NCBI GenBank assembly: GCA_036170655.1
Contig: JAVHPP010000042.1
Span: 1-17,105 of the forward strand
Direction: 5' to 3'
From: Candidatus Zixiibacteriota bacterium
GTDB lineage: Bacteria > Zixibacteria > MSB-5A5 > WJJR01
Length of the DNA stretch: 17,105 nucleotides
Part shown: piece after piece, positions 1 to 8,317 of the stretch
How positions within the stretch are numbered: position 1 is the stretch's first letter
How the letters are laid out: each line of letters begins with the position of its first letter
Made by a program: the position numbers and the translations under genes
The notes under the pieces: model-generated
What the model saw: the letters and a program-made list of their open reading frames with translations, nothing else
Databases searched by the model: none
Told to the model about the DNA's origin: nothing

Positions 1-1162
1 TGGCGAGGTAGTACTCCCCGTTGCTGACCGGTCCGCCGAGATAGGCCAGGGTGAGCTTCCCCGTCTGGCGCACACGCGCGATCGCACGCCGCATCTCTTC
101 GAGGCGCGCCCAACCCAGCTTGGGACTGTCGATCGTCAAGATCACCGCCCCGATGCTGGGGTCGGACGCTGCCTTATCGAGCAGCGCCGTCCACTCGTAG
201 GTCGTTAACGGGCTGGCTCCGAACAGATGTCGGGGCGGTCTACGGTCAGGGATTTCTCCAGACAATCTCAGTTGCACGACTTCCCGGGGCATGCGCACGA
301 CCGGCTTGCGACGGGTCTCGTTCAGCCCCACATAAGCAACGCCCCCTTGGTAGCGGCCGTTGTGGCGGAAGCTGGAATGCGTGCCCGCAAAGACGTTGGC
401 GAGATTGACTCGTCCACCGATGAAAAAGTCTTTATTCCGGTCAATGTCAGCGAACGCGGTCAGGCCACTGTGGATTTCGAATGACGCACCCAGACGGTAT
501 GTTCCCGCCCACAGGTTCTGGCTCGACGTCTGGTACCAGTCGCCGCCTACCATGAGGCGCCCATCGAGGAGATTGACGGCCGCCGAATACACGTATTCAC
601 GGTCAGTACGGACACGGGACACGGGCATGCGGTTGTAGTTGTCGAGCACGACGGCCAGCGAGAACGTCTTGGTGGGTCGCCAGGTCAGTCCATACGACCA
701 GAAGTGCGACTTATTCTGGGTTGGATCATCGGACCGACGCCACTGATAGGATCCTCCGATGGCGAACGCCTGCTCCTGGTTCGTGGACATGCCAACCGAG
801 TACGCGCGCCCTTTGGGAGATCCCCCTGCCCCAAGCCACTCAACTCCGAACCCACCGCCGTGTAATGACAAATACGCGGCATCATCGCCGCTGAGGGAGG
901 AATCGGAAAAGGTATGGTAGTAATTTGCGCCGAACCCCGGATCAAACGCCAGTCCGGCCGGATTGAATCTCAGCGCACTGGGACCGTCGACCGCCGCCGC
1001 CGGCACGAATGGGAAAACGATTCGCTGCCGTGGAAAAGGCGCCGCGTCTGCCGCCGCGACACGAAAACAGATCGCGATTGTGGCTAAGATGATTACCCTG
1101 TAAAGGAGAGAGTTACTCCGTGGCTGCTTGATGCGTTGTATCTCGAAAAATCCTCCAGACAT
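1..1162 (-). CDS. sppA: Signal peptide peptidase SppA (S49, protease IV) with N-terminal beta-barrel-like extension; partial, runs off the left edge
   Basis: Absent from the ORF track because no stop lies in the window. Manual minus-strand translation from ATG 1162 (purine-rich GGACAGGGGG upstream) gives MSGGFFEIQR...VIILATIAICFRVAAADA (signal-like), FNPAGLAF, a beta-strand-rich region, then VVQLRLSGEIPD...LLDKAASDPSIGAVILTIDSPKLGWARLEEMRRAIARVRQTGKLTLAYL...NGEYYLA, which matches the N-terminal S49 domain of long-form SppA. Confidence 0.88.
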   Translation of the reverse strand, partial: MSGGFFEIQRIKQPRSNSLLYRVIILATIAICFRVAAADAAPFPRQRIVFPFVPAAAVDGPSALRFNPAGLAFDPGFGANYYHTFSDSSLSGDDAAYLSLHGGGFGVEWLGAGGSPKGRAYSVGMSTNQEQAFAIGGSYQWRRSDDPTQNKSHFWSYGLTWRPTKTFSLAVVLDNYNRMPVSRVRTDREYVYSAAVNLLDGRLMVGGDWYQTSSQNLWAGTYRLGASFEIHSGLTAFADIDRNKDFFIGGRVNLANVFAGTHSSFRHNGRYQGGVAYVGLNETRRKPVVRMPREVVQLRLSGEIPDRRPPRHLFGASPLTTYEWTALLDKAASDPSIGAVILTIDSPKLGWARLEEMRRAIARVRQTGKLTLAYLGGPVSNGEYYLA

Positions 1163-1322
1163 CACTGACCCCCTGTCCGAACCCGATCGGCAGCAATTGT
1201 CGCCACCTCGAACCGGCGACCTGTAGACTCACAATGGGAGAAACAAGAAAGACGATCAATACGCCAGTGGAAAACGACACAGCAGCAAACGATTGGGTGC
1301 CGGGATGGGGTGTGCGGGAAAG

Positions 1323-2531
1323 TTACTTTCCCCGAAGTTCGATGACGCCGGGGCCTGAAAGATCAATGTCGATCTGGCCGTTCCCGCTGCCGCAGATACC
1401 CTCCAGCCGGTCCGAGCCCAACAGGTTCTCGTGCGTCTGAATCAGCAGACCGCGCGTCCGAATGACCCCCCCCGGGCCGACCGAGAGATTCAACCGCGCC
1501 GAGAGCCGGCCGGGGACATTCACTCGAACGGGCGCGTGGCTGGTCTGAATTTCCAGACGGGCGCTGCCGAATTCGATGATGTCCGCGTCGACCGTGACAT
1601 TCTCGCCCTGCACCCGTGACGTGGAGCCAACCAGTGAGATACGGTCGAGCCGGATCGGGGCGCTCCCGGTCTGCGTGTTCACTGCGCCTACCAGGTCACT
1701 GACCGTGATGGGACCGTAAGTGTTCTCCAGTCGCGCGGGCCGCTCGGGATCGGAGACAGCGCGGCGCAAGCGCAGATCCGCGTAACTGGTCGTCACGTCG
1801 ATGACCCCTTTGACATCGCTCACTTCCATGCCGGTGTATTCACCCCGAATATCTGTCCGGCGGTCGACTCCCTGCAGCTTCACGCGTCCATATTTGGTAG
1901 TCACGCTCACGTCACGGAATGGCCCATTCAGGTCATACTCGAAATACTGCGCGTCGATATCGATATCCCACTGGGGAGGAACGGCCACTGTGAGATCCAG
2001 GGTGATGCCCCAGTCTGTCCCCTCCCACATGGCACCGGTCGGGGTCACGACATCCAGGTTCAACGCACTGCCAACCGGATGAGGGGTCACATTGATTTCC
2101 TGGAAGAGTTTGGTGGCAAGATTCTGCGAGTCGACGCGCAAGAGCTTGTTGATTTCAATGCGGACTGAGTCGGGCGGGCCTACGCTGACAATGATGTGTC
2201 CCCCCAGGTTCGAAGGACCAGACAGATGCAGTGATGACAATCCGGAGGCCGGCACTGACTGCACGATCGAGATCAGATAACGGCCCCCGCCGAGCGCTTT
2301 GATCTTGTCTGTGTCGGTGGCGCCATGTGCCGCTCCGGTCAGCAGGAATGCAGCGACGATCGCGCCGGCGTCTGGGCACGCATGCCGCAGGAGACGCGCA
2401 CACCATCTCGCAGAGGAATACCCGTTGGAACGATACGCTCGAAGATCCCCTGTCGAGCGGGGCCACGTATCACCACGGTGGCTGCGCTGGGCAGCGATTT
2501 CGTGCAGCGATGAGAGACGGAGAGGCATCAT
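1323..2531 (-). CDS. Exported DUF4097-like (putative adhesin) beta-strand repeat protein
   Basis: 402-aa ORF with a hydrophobic signal-like segment (AIVAAFLLTGAAHGA), the motif LDLTVAVPPQWDIDID, and repeated TxxG-type units (TTKYGRVKL, TTSYADLRL, NTYGPITV, QTGSAPIRL, TSHAPVRV). The true start may be downstream. Confidence 0.7.
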   Translation of the reverse strand: MMPLRLSSLHEIAAQRSHRGDTWPRSTGDLRAYRSNGYSSARWCARLLRHACPDAGAIVAAFLLTGAAHGATDTDKIKALGGGRYLISIVQSVPASGLSSLHLSGPSNLGGHIIVSVGPPDSVRIEINKLLRVDSQNLATKLFQEINVTPHPVGSALNLDVVTPTGAMWEGTDWGITLDLTVAVPPQWDIDIDAQYFEYDLNGPFRDVSVTTKYGRVKLQGVDRRTDIRGEYTGMEVSDVKGVIDVTTSYADLRLRRAVSDPERPARLENTYGPITVSDLVGAVNTQTGSAPIRLDRISLVGSTSRVQGENVTVDADIIEFGSARLEIQTSHAPVRVNVPGRLSARLNLSVGPGGVIRTRGLLIQTHENLLGSDRLEGICGSGNGQIDIDLSGPGVIELRGK

Positions 2532-2553
2532 GAAATCCGGTCGTCAGACTTGG

Positions 2554-2579
2554 TACGGCCATCCACGGTGGCGGTTGCA
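2554..2579 (-). promoter_or_regulatory. Putative ECF sigma-factor promoter TGCAAC-N16-CGTA
   Basis: Minus strand reads TGCAAC (2579-2574), a 16-nt spacer, then CGTA (2557-2554), about 22 nt upstream of the DUF4097 ATG. One mismatch to the SigW-type consensus TGAAAC-N16-CGTA. Confidence 0.5.
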
Positions 2580-2632
2580 GGAATCATGATTTATGTGGGG
2601 GCAAAAGACGATGGACAGGGCCTGCCGCCATT

Positions 2633-3544
2633 TCATACCAACAATCTTCGCTCCTCTGATATCAGCCGGTCCATGATAATCGCTCCGGCGACGGCGGCAT
2701 TGAACGATTCTACGCCACGTTGCATCGGCAGGAAGATCCGGCGAGGAGATGCTGTCTCCCACGCGCGATCAACCTGCCCGGTCTCGCTGCCGATCACCAG
2801 AGTCCAAGGTTTTGTCAAGGCGACTTCATCCAGCGGTCTGCCATTCCGGACATCCGCGATCAGCACGGTGTGGCGATGGTCACGGCACCATGCCACGAAC
2901 TCTGTCACTGCGATTCCGCAAAAAACCGGGATGTGGAAGATCGTGCCGGCAGTTGCGCGAATTGTCTTAGGATTGGTCATCTCGACCGAGTTTGGTCCGG
3001 CCAGGACCGCATCCAGGCCAAGACCGGCGGCCGTTCTGATCAGAGTCCCCAAGTTGCCCGGGTCAGCGATACGATCGCAGAACAGTAGATGCTGTGCCCG
3101 GAGAGAGGCAAGATCGGTATGCGGTCTGGGGTTCCATTGTACGATGGCTGCCACGCCGGCGCTGTGAACCGTGTCCGTGATCTGGGAGAACTCACGACGC
3201 GGTACGCGTACTGCCGACCCCACCCGCCCCAAAGCAAGGGGAGTCGACGGAATCACAGCACCAAGCGCCCGTGCCGCCGCACGGCGGCCCTCATCGTCAT
3301 CCGCTGTCAAGAGGGCTTCGATTGGACACCCGGACAGGAGCGCCTCGCTCACGAGACGAACGCCTTCAGCCACGAATTGTCCGGAGCGTTCGCGGCTCTT
3401 CTGCGTGCTCAGTTTCCGCCAGACCGCGATACGCGCGTTCGACGCAAGCGGCCACGCTGACGGATCCGTCGTGAGTGCCATAACGTTAGAAAGTGGCCGG
3501 ACCGACTGTGTCGCAAGAGATTTCACGATTCGATACTGAGTCAT
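2633..3544 (-). CDS. TrmH/SpoU-family (SPOUT) RNA 2'-O-methyltransferase
   Basis: Motifs FVAEGVRLV, DRIADPGNLGTLIRTAAGLG, NPKTIRATAG, LVIGSE and VESFNAAVAGAIIM. Alternative start at ATG 3481. Confidence 0.92.
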   Translation of the reverse strand: MTQYRIVKSLATQSVRPLSNVMALTTDPSAWPLASNARIAVWRKLSTQKSRERSGQFVAEGVRLVSEALLSGCPIEALLTADDDEGRRAAARALGAVIPSTPLALGRVGSAVRVPRREFSQITDTVHSAGVAAIVQWNPRPHTDLASLRAQHLLFCDRIADPGNLGTLIRTAAGLGLDAVLAGPNSVEMTNPKTIRATAGTIFHIPVFCGIAVTEFVAWCRDHRHTVLIADVRNGRPLDEVALTKPWTLVIGSETGQVDRAWETASPRRIFLPMQRGVESFNAAVAGAIIMDRLISEERRLLV

Positions 3545-3678
3545 TCCAAGATTCTGCTCATGATCCGGTGCGCAGCAATGACTCCTCTGTTACATCTTCC
3601 CCAAGGCGTCGAGCCTCGGCCAAGCAGTTCGATATCTCCTGTCCAGTGGCCGGTCCGATGAACCTCCCAGGAGTTGGG

Positions 3679-3801
3679 CCGAGCCAAGCCGACGAGATCA
3701 TCACGCCAGGAGAAACGGACCTGGTGCTTCTTACGCGGGAAATACTTCGAGAGCCGAGCTGGACGACACAGTATAGGTATGCCGTTCGCCGCCGCAAGCG
3801 A
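3679..3801 (+). pseudogene. C-terminal remnant of an NADH:flavin oxidoreductase (OYE, YqjM/NamA-like)
   Basis: The frame reads PSQADEIITPGETDLVLLTREILREPSWTTQYRYAVRRRK, resembling the YqjM-type C-terminus (PxQAxEII..GxADLVLLARExLRxPxW...PxQY). No upstream TIM-barrel coding sequence is present. Confidence 0.55.
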
Positions 3802-3849
3802 CGTGTCGTCCGGCCATGATCGGCCCGCCCGGACTTGGACAATAGACAA

Positions 3850-3875
3850 AAGAACTTATCACGGAAATGATCGTA
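3850..3875 (+). promoter_or_regulatory. Putative ECF sigma-factor promoter (AAGAAC-N16-CGTA) for the ABC transporter operon
   Basis: AAC at 3853-3855 (within GAACTT), a 16-nt spacer and CGTA at 3872-3875, in an AT-rich patch. An overlapping sigma70-like reading TAGACA(3843)-N17-AATGAT is also possible. Confidence 0.4.
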
Positions 3876-3937
3876 TACCACATGTGCGAAGGGCGCGGTC
3901 GACCGTGGCTGGTTGCCGTGCCCTTCGCGAGGCGCCG

Positions 3938-4042
3938 GTGAATAAGAACTCCGGCTGTTCAGCGATGAGCGTATCACTTCTCGCTCTTGGACTAATCTGG
4001 GAGTTGGCGTTTTCGCGACCTGCGGGAAGTGATACTGATTGA
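3938..4042 (+). CDS. Possible 34-aa hydrophobic small protein or gene remnant coupled to the ABC ATPase
   Basis: GAGG at 3929-3932 and GTG at 3938 give [34 protein letters not shown]. Its TGA overlaps the TTG start of the ATPase (TTGA, 4039-4042). Confidence 0.3.
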   Translation: MNKNSGCSAMSVSLLALGLIWELAFSRPAGSDTD

Positions 4043-4752
4043 GTGACGCCTGGCTGCGAACGGTTGATCTCTGTCGGCACTATCGGCGCGGGCCCCAGGA
4101 AGTGCGGGCTGTCGATGGCGTCAGCCTCTCTTTGCGGAAGGGCGAGTTCCTCGCTGTCGTGGGCGCCTCAGGATCGGGCAAGTCCACGCTTCTGAATCTG
4201 CTGGCGGGTCTTGATACTCCGACTTCGGGACAAATCGAGATCGAGGGTACCGCGCTGGGAACTCTGAACCGTCGAGAGGTGGCGGCCTATCGGGCGCGAC
4301 GAGTCGGTATGGTATTCCAATCGTTCAACCTCATCGCTCACCATACCGCCCTGCGAAACGTCGAGCTGGCGCTGTACTTCAATCACACACCTCTTCGGGA
4401 GCGGCGACACTTGGCGACCGCGATCTTGGAACAGCTGGGATTATCTGACCGCTTGGACCATCGGCCGGGCGATCTGTCTGGAGGCGAGCAGCAGCGTGTC
4501 GCCATCGCCCGGGCGCTGGTCAAGAAGCCCGATATCCTATTTGCTGATGAGCCGACCGGAAATCTCGACTTGGACAACGCGAAGCAGATCATTCAGTTGA
4601 TTGCGGATCTTAATCGGCAGGGTCTGACTGTTGTCGTGGCGACCCATGATCTGGTCATGATGCAGACGCATGCCCATCGGATTATTCGTATGAGCTATGG
4701 TCGTCTGGCTGGGGAGACGATTCTTCGTGGTGTAACCGGAGAGACATCATGA
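4039..4752 (+). CDS. ABC transporter ATP-binding protein, LolD/MacB/SalX-type
   Basis: Walker [11 protein letters not shown]-loop GMVFQSFNL, signature [15 protein letters not shown], Walker B and D-loop [13 protein letters not shown]-loop ATHD. Confidence 0.95.
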   Translation: MSDAWLRTVDLCRHYRRGPQEVRAVDGVSLSLRKGEFLAVVGASGSGKSTLLNLLAGLDTPTSGQIEIEGTALGTLNRREVAAYRARRVGMVFQSFNLIAHHTALRNVELALYFNHTPLRERRHLATAILEQLGLSDRLDHRPGDLSGGEQQRVAIARALVKKPDILFADEPTGNLDLDNAKQIIQLIADLNRQGLTVVVATHDLVMMQTHAHRIIRMSYGRLAGETILRGVTGETS

Positions 4753-6215
4753 CGTTTCAGGATCTCCTGCATAGCTCGACCGGAAACCTGTGGCGGATGA
4801 AACTGCGTTCCTTCCTCACGATCTCTGGCGTCGTCATCGCCATAGCCGCATTTGTCTCGATGCTGTCATTCGGCGCCGGGATGCAGAGAAACGTCTCAGA
4901 GCAGTACGACAAACTGGGCCTGTTCTCGACGATGCAAGTGTATCCGCCGGACAAAAGCAAGATTGCGGATTCAATCGGCAAGGCGGCCGTTCTCGATCAG
5001 GATGCCGTAAGGGGACTGTCAGCCATTCCGGGCGTTGTGTTGGCGTATCCGTTTGATGCCTTTCCGGTGACCGTTGCCATTGCCGACACGGTGCTGGCGA
5101 CCACAGCCCAGGCGCTCCCGGAGGCAGCGGTCCAAACGAAGCTTTTTTCGCAGATGCGTGCCGGCGCCGTCTTCACCGGCGACAGTTCCGACCAGGCAGT
5201 GGTTTCGGAAGACCTGCTGGAAATCCTGCGGATCAAGGATCCCGACTCTCTTCTTGGCCAGCGTCTCGTCGTATCGGCGAAAATTGCCATTCTTGACAGC
5301 GGGATCGTTCATGTCTTCCGGGGATTGCCCGCGCATCTGCACGAACGATTCGACCAGATCCGCTGGGACTCTCTAAATAACGGAGAATACTGGTCCAGAC
5401 TTGGGCGTGAAGAGGTGACTGCTACGTTATCCCGATTCGCCGATGGGTTCCTGAATGCCCGATCGGTCGTCACCGACACACTCCGTATCAGCGGGGTCAT
5501 CGAAGGACGCACGCACGGCCGGGCCACTGTCAAATCGGTCATCATCGCTGCGGGCAGAGCGGCGCGTTTCCGTACGGGAGGCTTCAGTGATGATCCCGCC
5601 GAGCTCCTCGGGGCGTTGAGAAGTGGGACGCTGTTTGCCCCTGCGGGTGCGATGGGTGGCAAAGAGTACCCGCAAGTCACACTGAGCCTCGATCCGAATG
5701 TCGCGTACGAACCGATCCGTGATTCAGTCAAGGCCCGGGGATTCCGGACTTTCAGCTATGCCGAAGAGTTCAAAGAGATTCGGAAATTCTTTCTTTATTT
5801 CAATCTGGGGCTCAGCGTTGTCGGCCTGATCGCGCTGATCACGGCATCGCTGGGCATTGTCAACACGATGGTCATGTCGATTATCGAGCGGACACGTGAA
5901 ATCGGCGTTCTCAAGTCATTGGGCGCAGAGGATCGCGATATCCGGCTGCTGTTTCTGGCAGAATCAGGCATGATAGGAAGTATCGGAGCAACAATTGGAA
6001 TCCTGTTCGGGTGGCTGATCACCCGGGTGGCGTCGGTCATCGCACATTTGATCATGGTGCGTGAAGGGATCCCCAAGTTCGAACTGTTCGTGCTGCCGCC
6101 CTGGCTTATTCTATCTGCATTCCTGTTCGGACTTGTGGTCAGTCTCGTGGCGGGGTTGTACCCGGCCGCCCGTGCCGCCCGTGTAGATCCCGTGGAGGCT
6201 TTGCGGAATGAATGA
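4749..6215 (+). CDS. ABC transporter permease, MacB/FtsX family
   Basis: KLRSFLTISGVVIAIAAFVSM (TM1), a large periplasmic domain, GIVNTMVMSIIERTREIGVLKSLGA and C-terminal GLYPAARAARVDPVEALRNE. ATGA overlap with the ATPase. Confidence 0.95.
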   Translation: MTFQDLLHSSTGNLWRMKLRSFLTISGVVIAIAAFVSMLSFGAGMQRNVSEQYDKLGLFSTMQVYPPDKSKIADSIGKAAVLDQDAVRGLSAIPGVVLAYPFDAFPVTVAIADTVLATTAQALPEAAVQTKLFSQMRAGAVFTGDSSDQAVVSEDLLEILRIKDPDSLLGQRLVVSAKIAILDSGIVHVFRGLPAHLHERFDQIRWDSLNNGEYWSRLGREEVTATLSRFADGFLNARSVVTDTLRISGVIEGRTHGRATVKSVIIAAGRAARFRTGGFSDDPAELLGALRSGTLFAPAGAMGGKEYPQVTLSLDPNVAYEPIRDSVKARGFRTFSYAEEFKEIRKFFLYFNLGLSVVGLIALITASLGIVNTMVMSIIERTREIGVLKSLGAEDRDIRLLFLAESGMIGSIGATIGILFGWLITRVASVIAHLIMVREGIPKFELFVLPPWLILSAFLFGLVVSLVAGLYPAARAARVDPVEALRNE

Positions 6216-6446
6216 TGCCGCATTCGGTCAGGAGTACTGCCGAAAGATTGCGCGGCGTATGACAATTTGCGTGCCCGTGGGCCTGAGCCGGGTTCAGTTT
6301 CGCTTGATTGCCGCCTGCGAATCGCGTTGGTTCCGGAACCGGGACCGATCCGGCGGGAAAGTTGTTTTCGGGGCAATAGGAGTGACACATCCCGTTGGGC
6401 GGCCATAGGCTTTTTCAACGATTGAACCCGGCGGAGGCCAGTCTAT

Positions 6447-7508
6447 ATGAAGATGAAAGCGGTAGTTAAGACCAAACCTGAACCCGGGGCAATGCTGATT
6501 GAAGTCGATGTGCCTCGGATTGCGTCGGATGAGGTCCTGGTCAAGGTCAAGGCAACCTCGATCTGTGGCACTGATGTCCATATTTACCAGTGGGAACGGT
6601 GGGCGCAGAGTCGCATACCGGCTGCACATCTTCCCCAGATTCTCGGACATGAAATGGCGGGAGACATTGTGGAGGTTGGCGCCGGGGTGCGCGATTTGAA
6701 ACCGGGCGACTATGTTTCCGTCGAAACGCATATCCCTTGCGGCCACTGTCGTCAGTGTTTGAGCGGACAGAGGCACATTTGCCAGAATCTGAAGATCTTC
6801 GGCGTGGATCGCGACGGATGCTTCGCTGAGTACGTGGCAGTTCCGGGAATCGTGGTCTGGAAGAACGACTCGTCCATCCCGCTGGAGTACGCGGCAGTGC
6901 AGGAACCGCTCGGCAATGCGGTTTACTGCACATTGGTGGAGCCGGTAGCGGGGAAGACGGTACTGATCTTTGGCGACGGTCCGATTGCACTGCTCGCGGT
7001 CGGTGTCGCACGGGTCAGCGGCGCCGCACGGATCGTTCTGGCCGGGATGGAGCCGGCGCGCCTGGAAATCGCGCGTCGCATGGGCGCTGATGAAGTCATC
7101 AATGTTCTGCAAAACGATACCGTGTCCGTCATCCTCGACCGCACTGGTGGCGTGGGCATGGATGTCGTGCTCGAGATGGCCGGAGCGCAGAAGGCGATTG
7201 AGCAGTCGTTCAAGTGTGTGCGCAAGGGGGGGCGAATCTCCGCCTTCGGCATTCCCTCCGGTCCAGTCCAGTTGGACTGGAACAATGGCGTTGTCTTCCG
7301 GGGCGTGACGCTCTACGGGATCAATGGCCGCCTGATGTTCGACACGTGGATCACTGTTCGCAACCTGCTCGCCTCGAAGCGCCTCGACATTTCACCGGTC
7401 GTGACCCACAAGTTGCCGCTGGCAGACTATGAGAAGGGGTTCGACTTGATGATTACGTCACCCAAGACTTCGGGCAAGGTCGTGCTCTTCCCGCACGGTG
7501 TCAGCTAA
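6447..7508 (+). CDS. tdh: L-threonine 3-dehydrogenase (Zn-dependent MDR family)
   Basis: TSICGTDVHIY, LGHE, VSVETHIPCGHCRQC..HIC (structural Zn), GVDRDGCFAEY, EPLGNAV, LEMAG, GINGRLMFDTW and SGKVVL. GGAGG RBS, and kbl lies in the same operon. Confidence 0.9.
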   Translation: MKMKAVVKTKPEPGAMLIEVDVPRIASDEVLVKVKATSICGTDVHIYQWERWAQSRIPAAHLPQILGHEMAGDIVEVGAGVRDLKPGDYVSVETHIPCGHCRQCLSGQRHICQNLKIFGVDRDGCFAEYVAVPGIVVWKNDSSIPLEYAAVQEPLGNAVYCTLVEPVAGKTVLIFGDGPIALLAVGVARVSGAARIVLAGMEPARLEIARRMGADEVINVLQNDTVSVILDRTGGVGMDVVLEMAGAQKAIEQSFKCVRKGGRISAFGIPSGPVQLDWNNGVVFRGVTLYGINGRLMFDTWITVRNLLASKRLDISPVVTHKLPLADYEKGFDLMITSPKTSGKVVLFPHGVS

Positions 7509-7517
7509 ACAGCGGCG

Positions 7518-7931
7518 ATGATCATCGGTGTGGGGAACGACATCGTCGAGGTCACGCGGATGCGGCATGAACTCGACACGGCAGGTGTTGCGTTCCGGGA
7601 TCAGGTGTTTTCCCCGGCGGAAATCACGTATTGTGAGGAGAAACGTTATCCGGCACGCCACTATGCAGCACGATTTGCGGCCAAGGAGGCCTTTTTCAAG
7701 GCGCTGGGCACCGGACGGGGTAACGGTCTTGGTTGGCGGGATGCGGTGGTGTGTCACGATGCCCAGGGGAAACCAGGCCTGGTTCTCTCTGGCGAGGCGT
7801 TGCGGCTGTCGCGGGAACGGGGGATCAATCGCGTGTTCCTTTCTCTCTCGCATACTGCCGAACTGGCCATGGCCAGTGTGATTCTGGAAGGCGAACCAGC
7901 GCCAATGACCAATGAGGTTCCACCTGAGTAA
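7518..7931 (+). CDS. acpS: Holo-[acyl-carrier-protein] synthase (AcpS-type 4'-phosphopantetheinyl transferase)
   Basis: MIIGVGNDIVEV, YAARFAAKEAFFKALGTG, GKP and LSLSH motifs; 137 aa. Confidence 0.93.
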   Translation: MIIGVGNDIVEVTRMRHELDTAGVAFRDQVFSPAEITYCEEKRYPARHYAARFAAKEAFFKALGTGRGNGLGWRDAVVCHDAQGKPGLVLSGEALRLSRERGINRVFLSLSHTAELAMASVILEGEPAPMTNEVPPE

Positions 7932-8021
7932 GATGAGATCCGGAAAAGACGGGCCGCGCAGGGCCGGCGGCTCGGCGCACGCATGGGTGCACGATTCGAT
8001 CTGATCGCGAAGGAGAATGTC

Positions 8022-8273
8022 GTGGAGAATCTCAAGCAGTCTGTTTTGGATTATGTTCGCAAAGAGTATTTGGAGGAGGGTGACGATCGCGAACTGACGG
8101 TAGACACCCCACTCATTACCGGCGGGATTGTGGACTCGTTCTCGATGGTTTCCCTGAAGCGTTTTCTGGAGAAGACCTACAGCATCCACATCCCTGATGC
8201 CGAGGCCACCCCCCAAGCGTTCGACACGGTCACACGTATCGCGGCTCTGGTCGAGCGATTCCAGAAACGGTAG
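8022..8273 (+). CDS. Acyl/aminoacyl carrier protein (phosphopantetheine-binding)
   Basis: Probable GTG start at 8022 behind AAGGAG (the track starts at 7983). 83 aa with DTPLITGGIVDSFSMVSL (Ppant Ser at 8136-8138) and IPDAEATPQAFDTVTRIAALV. Confidence 0.88.
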   Translation: MENLKQSVLDYVRKEYLEEGDDRELTVDTPLITGGIVDSFSMVSLKRFLEKTYSIHIPDAEATPQAFDTVTRIAALVERFQKR

Positions 8274-8317
8274 GAGACGAGCCATCAGCAGTAGTTATTC
8301 TGCGATAGGAGGGAGAC

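Noticed and set aside
1195..1235. Minus-strand GGTCGCCGGTTCGAG resembling a tRNA T-arm
   Set aside because: The T-stem does not close, and there is no D-arm or acceptor stem; it is only a small GTCGCC/GGCGAC hairpin.
6216..6446. Possible glycine riboswitch or attenuator upstream of tdh; 12-bp palindrome GGTTCCGGAACC at 6329-6340
   Set aside because: The conserved glycine-aptamer elements (GGAGA...CCGAAG...CTCTCAGG) are absent and no Thr-rich leader peptide was seen. A single short palindrome in GC-rich DNA is insufficient evidence.
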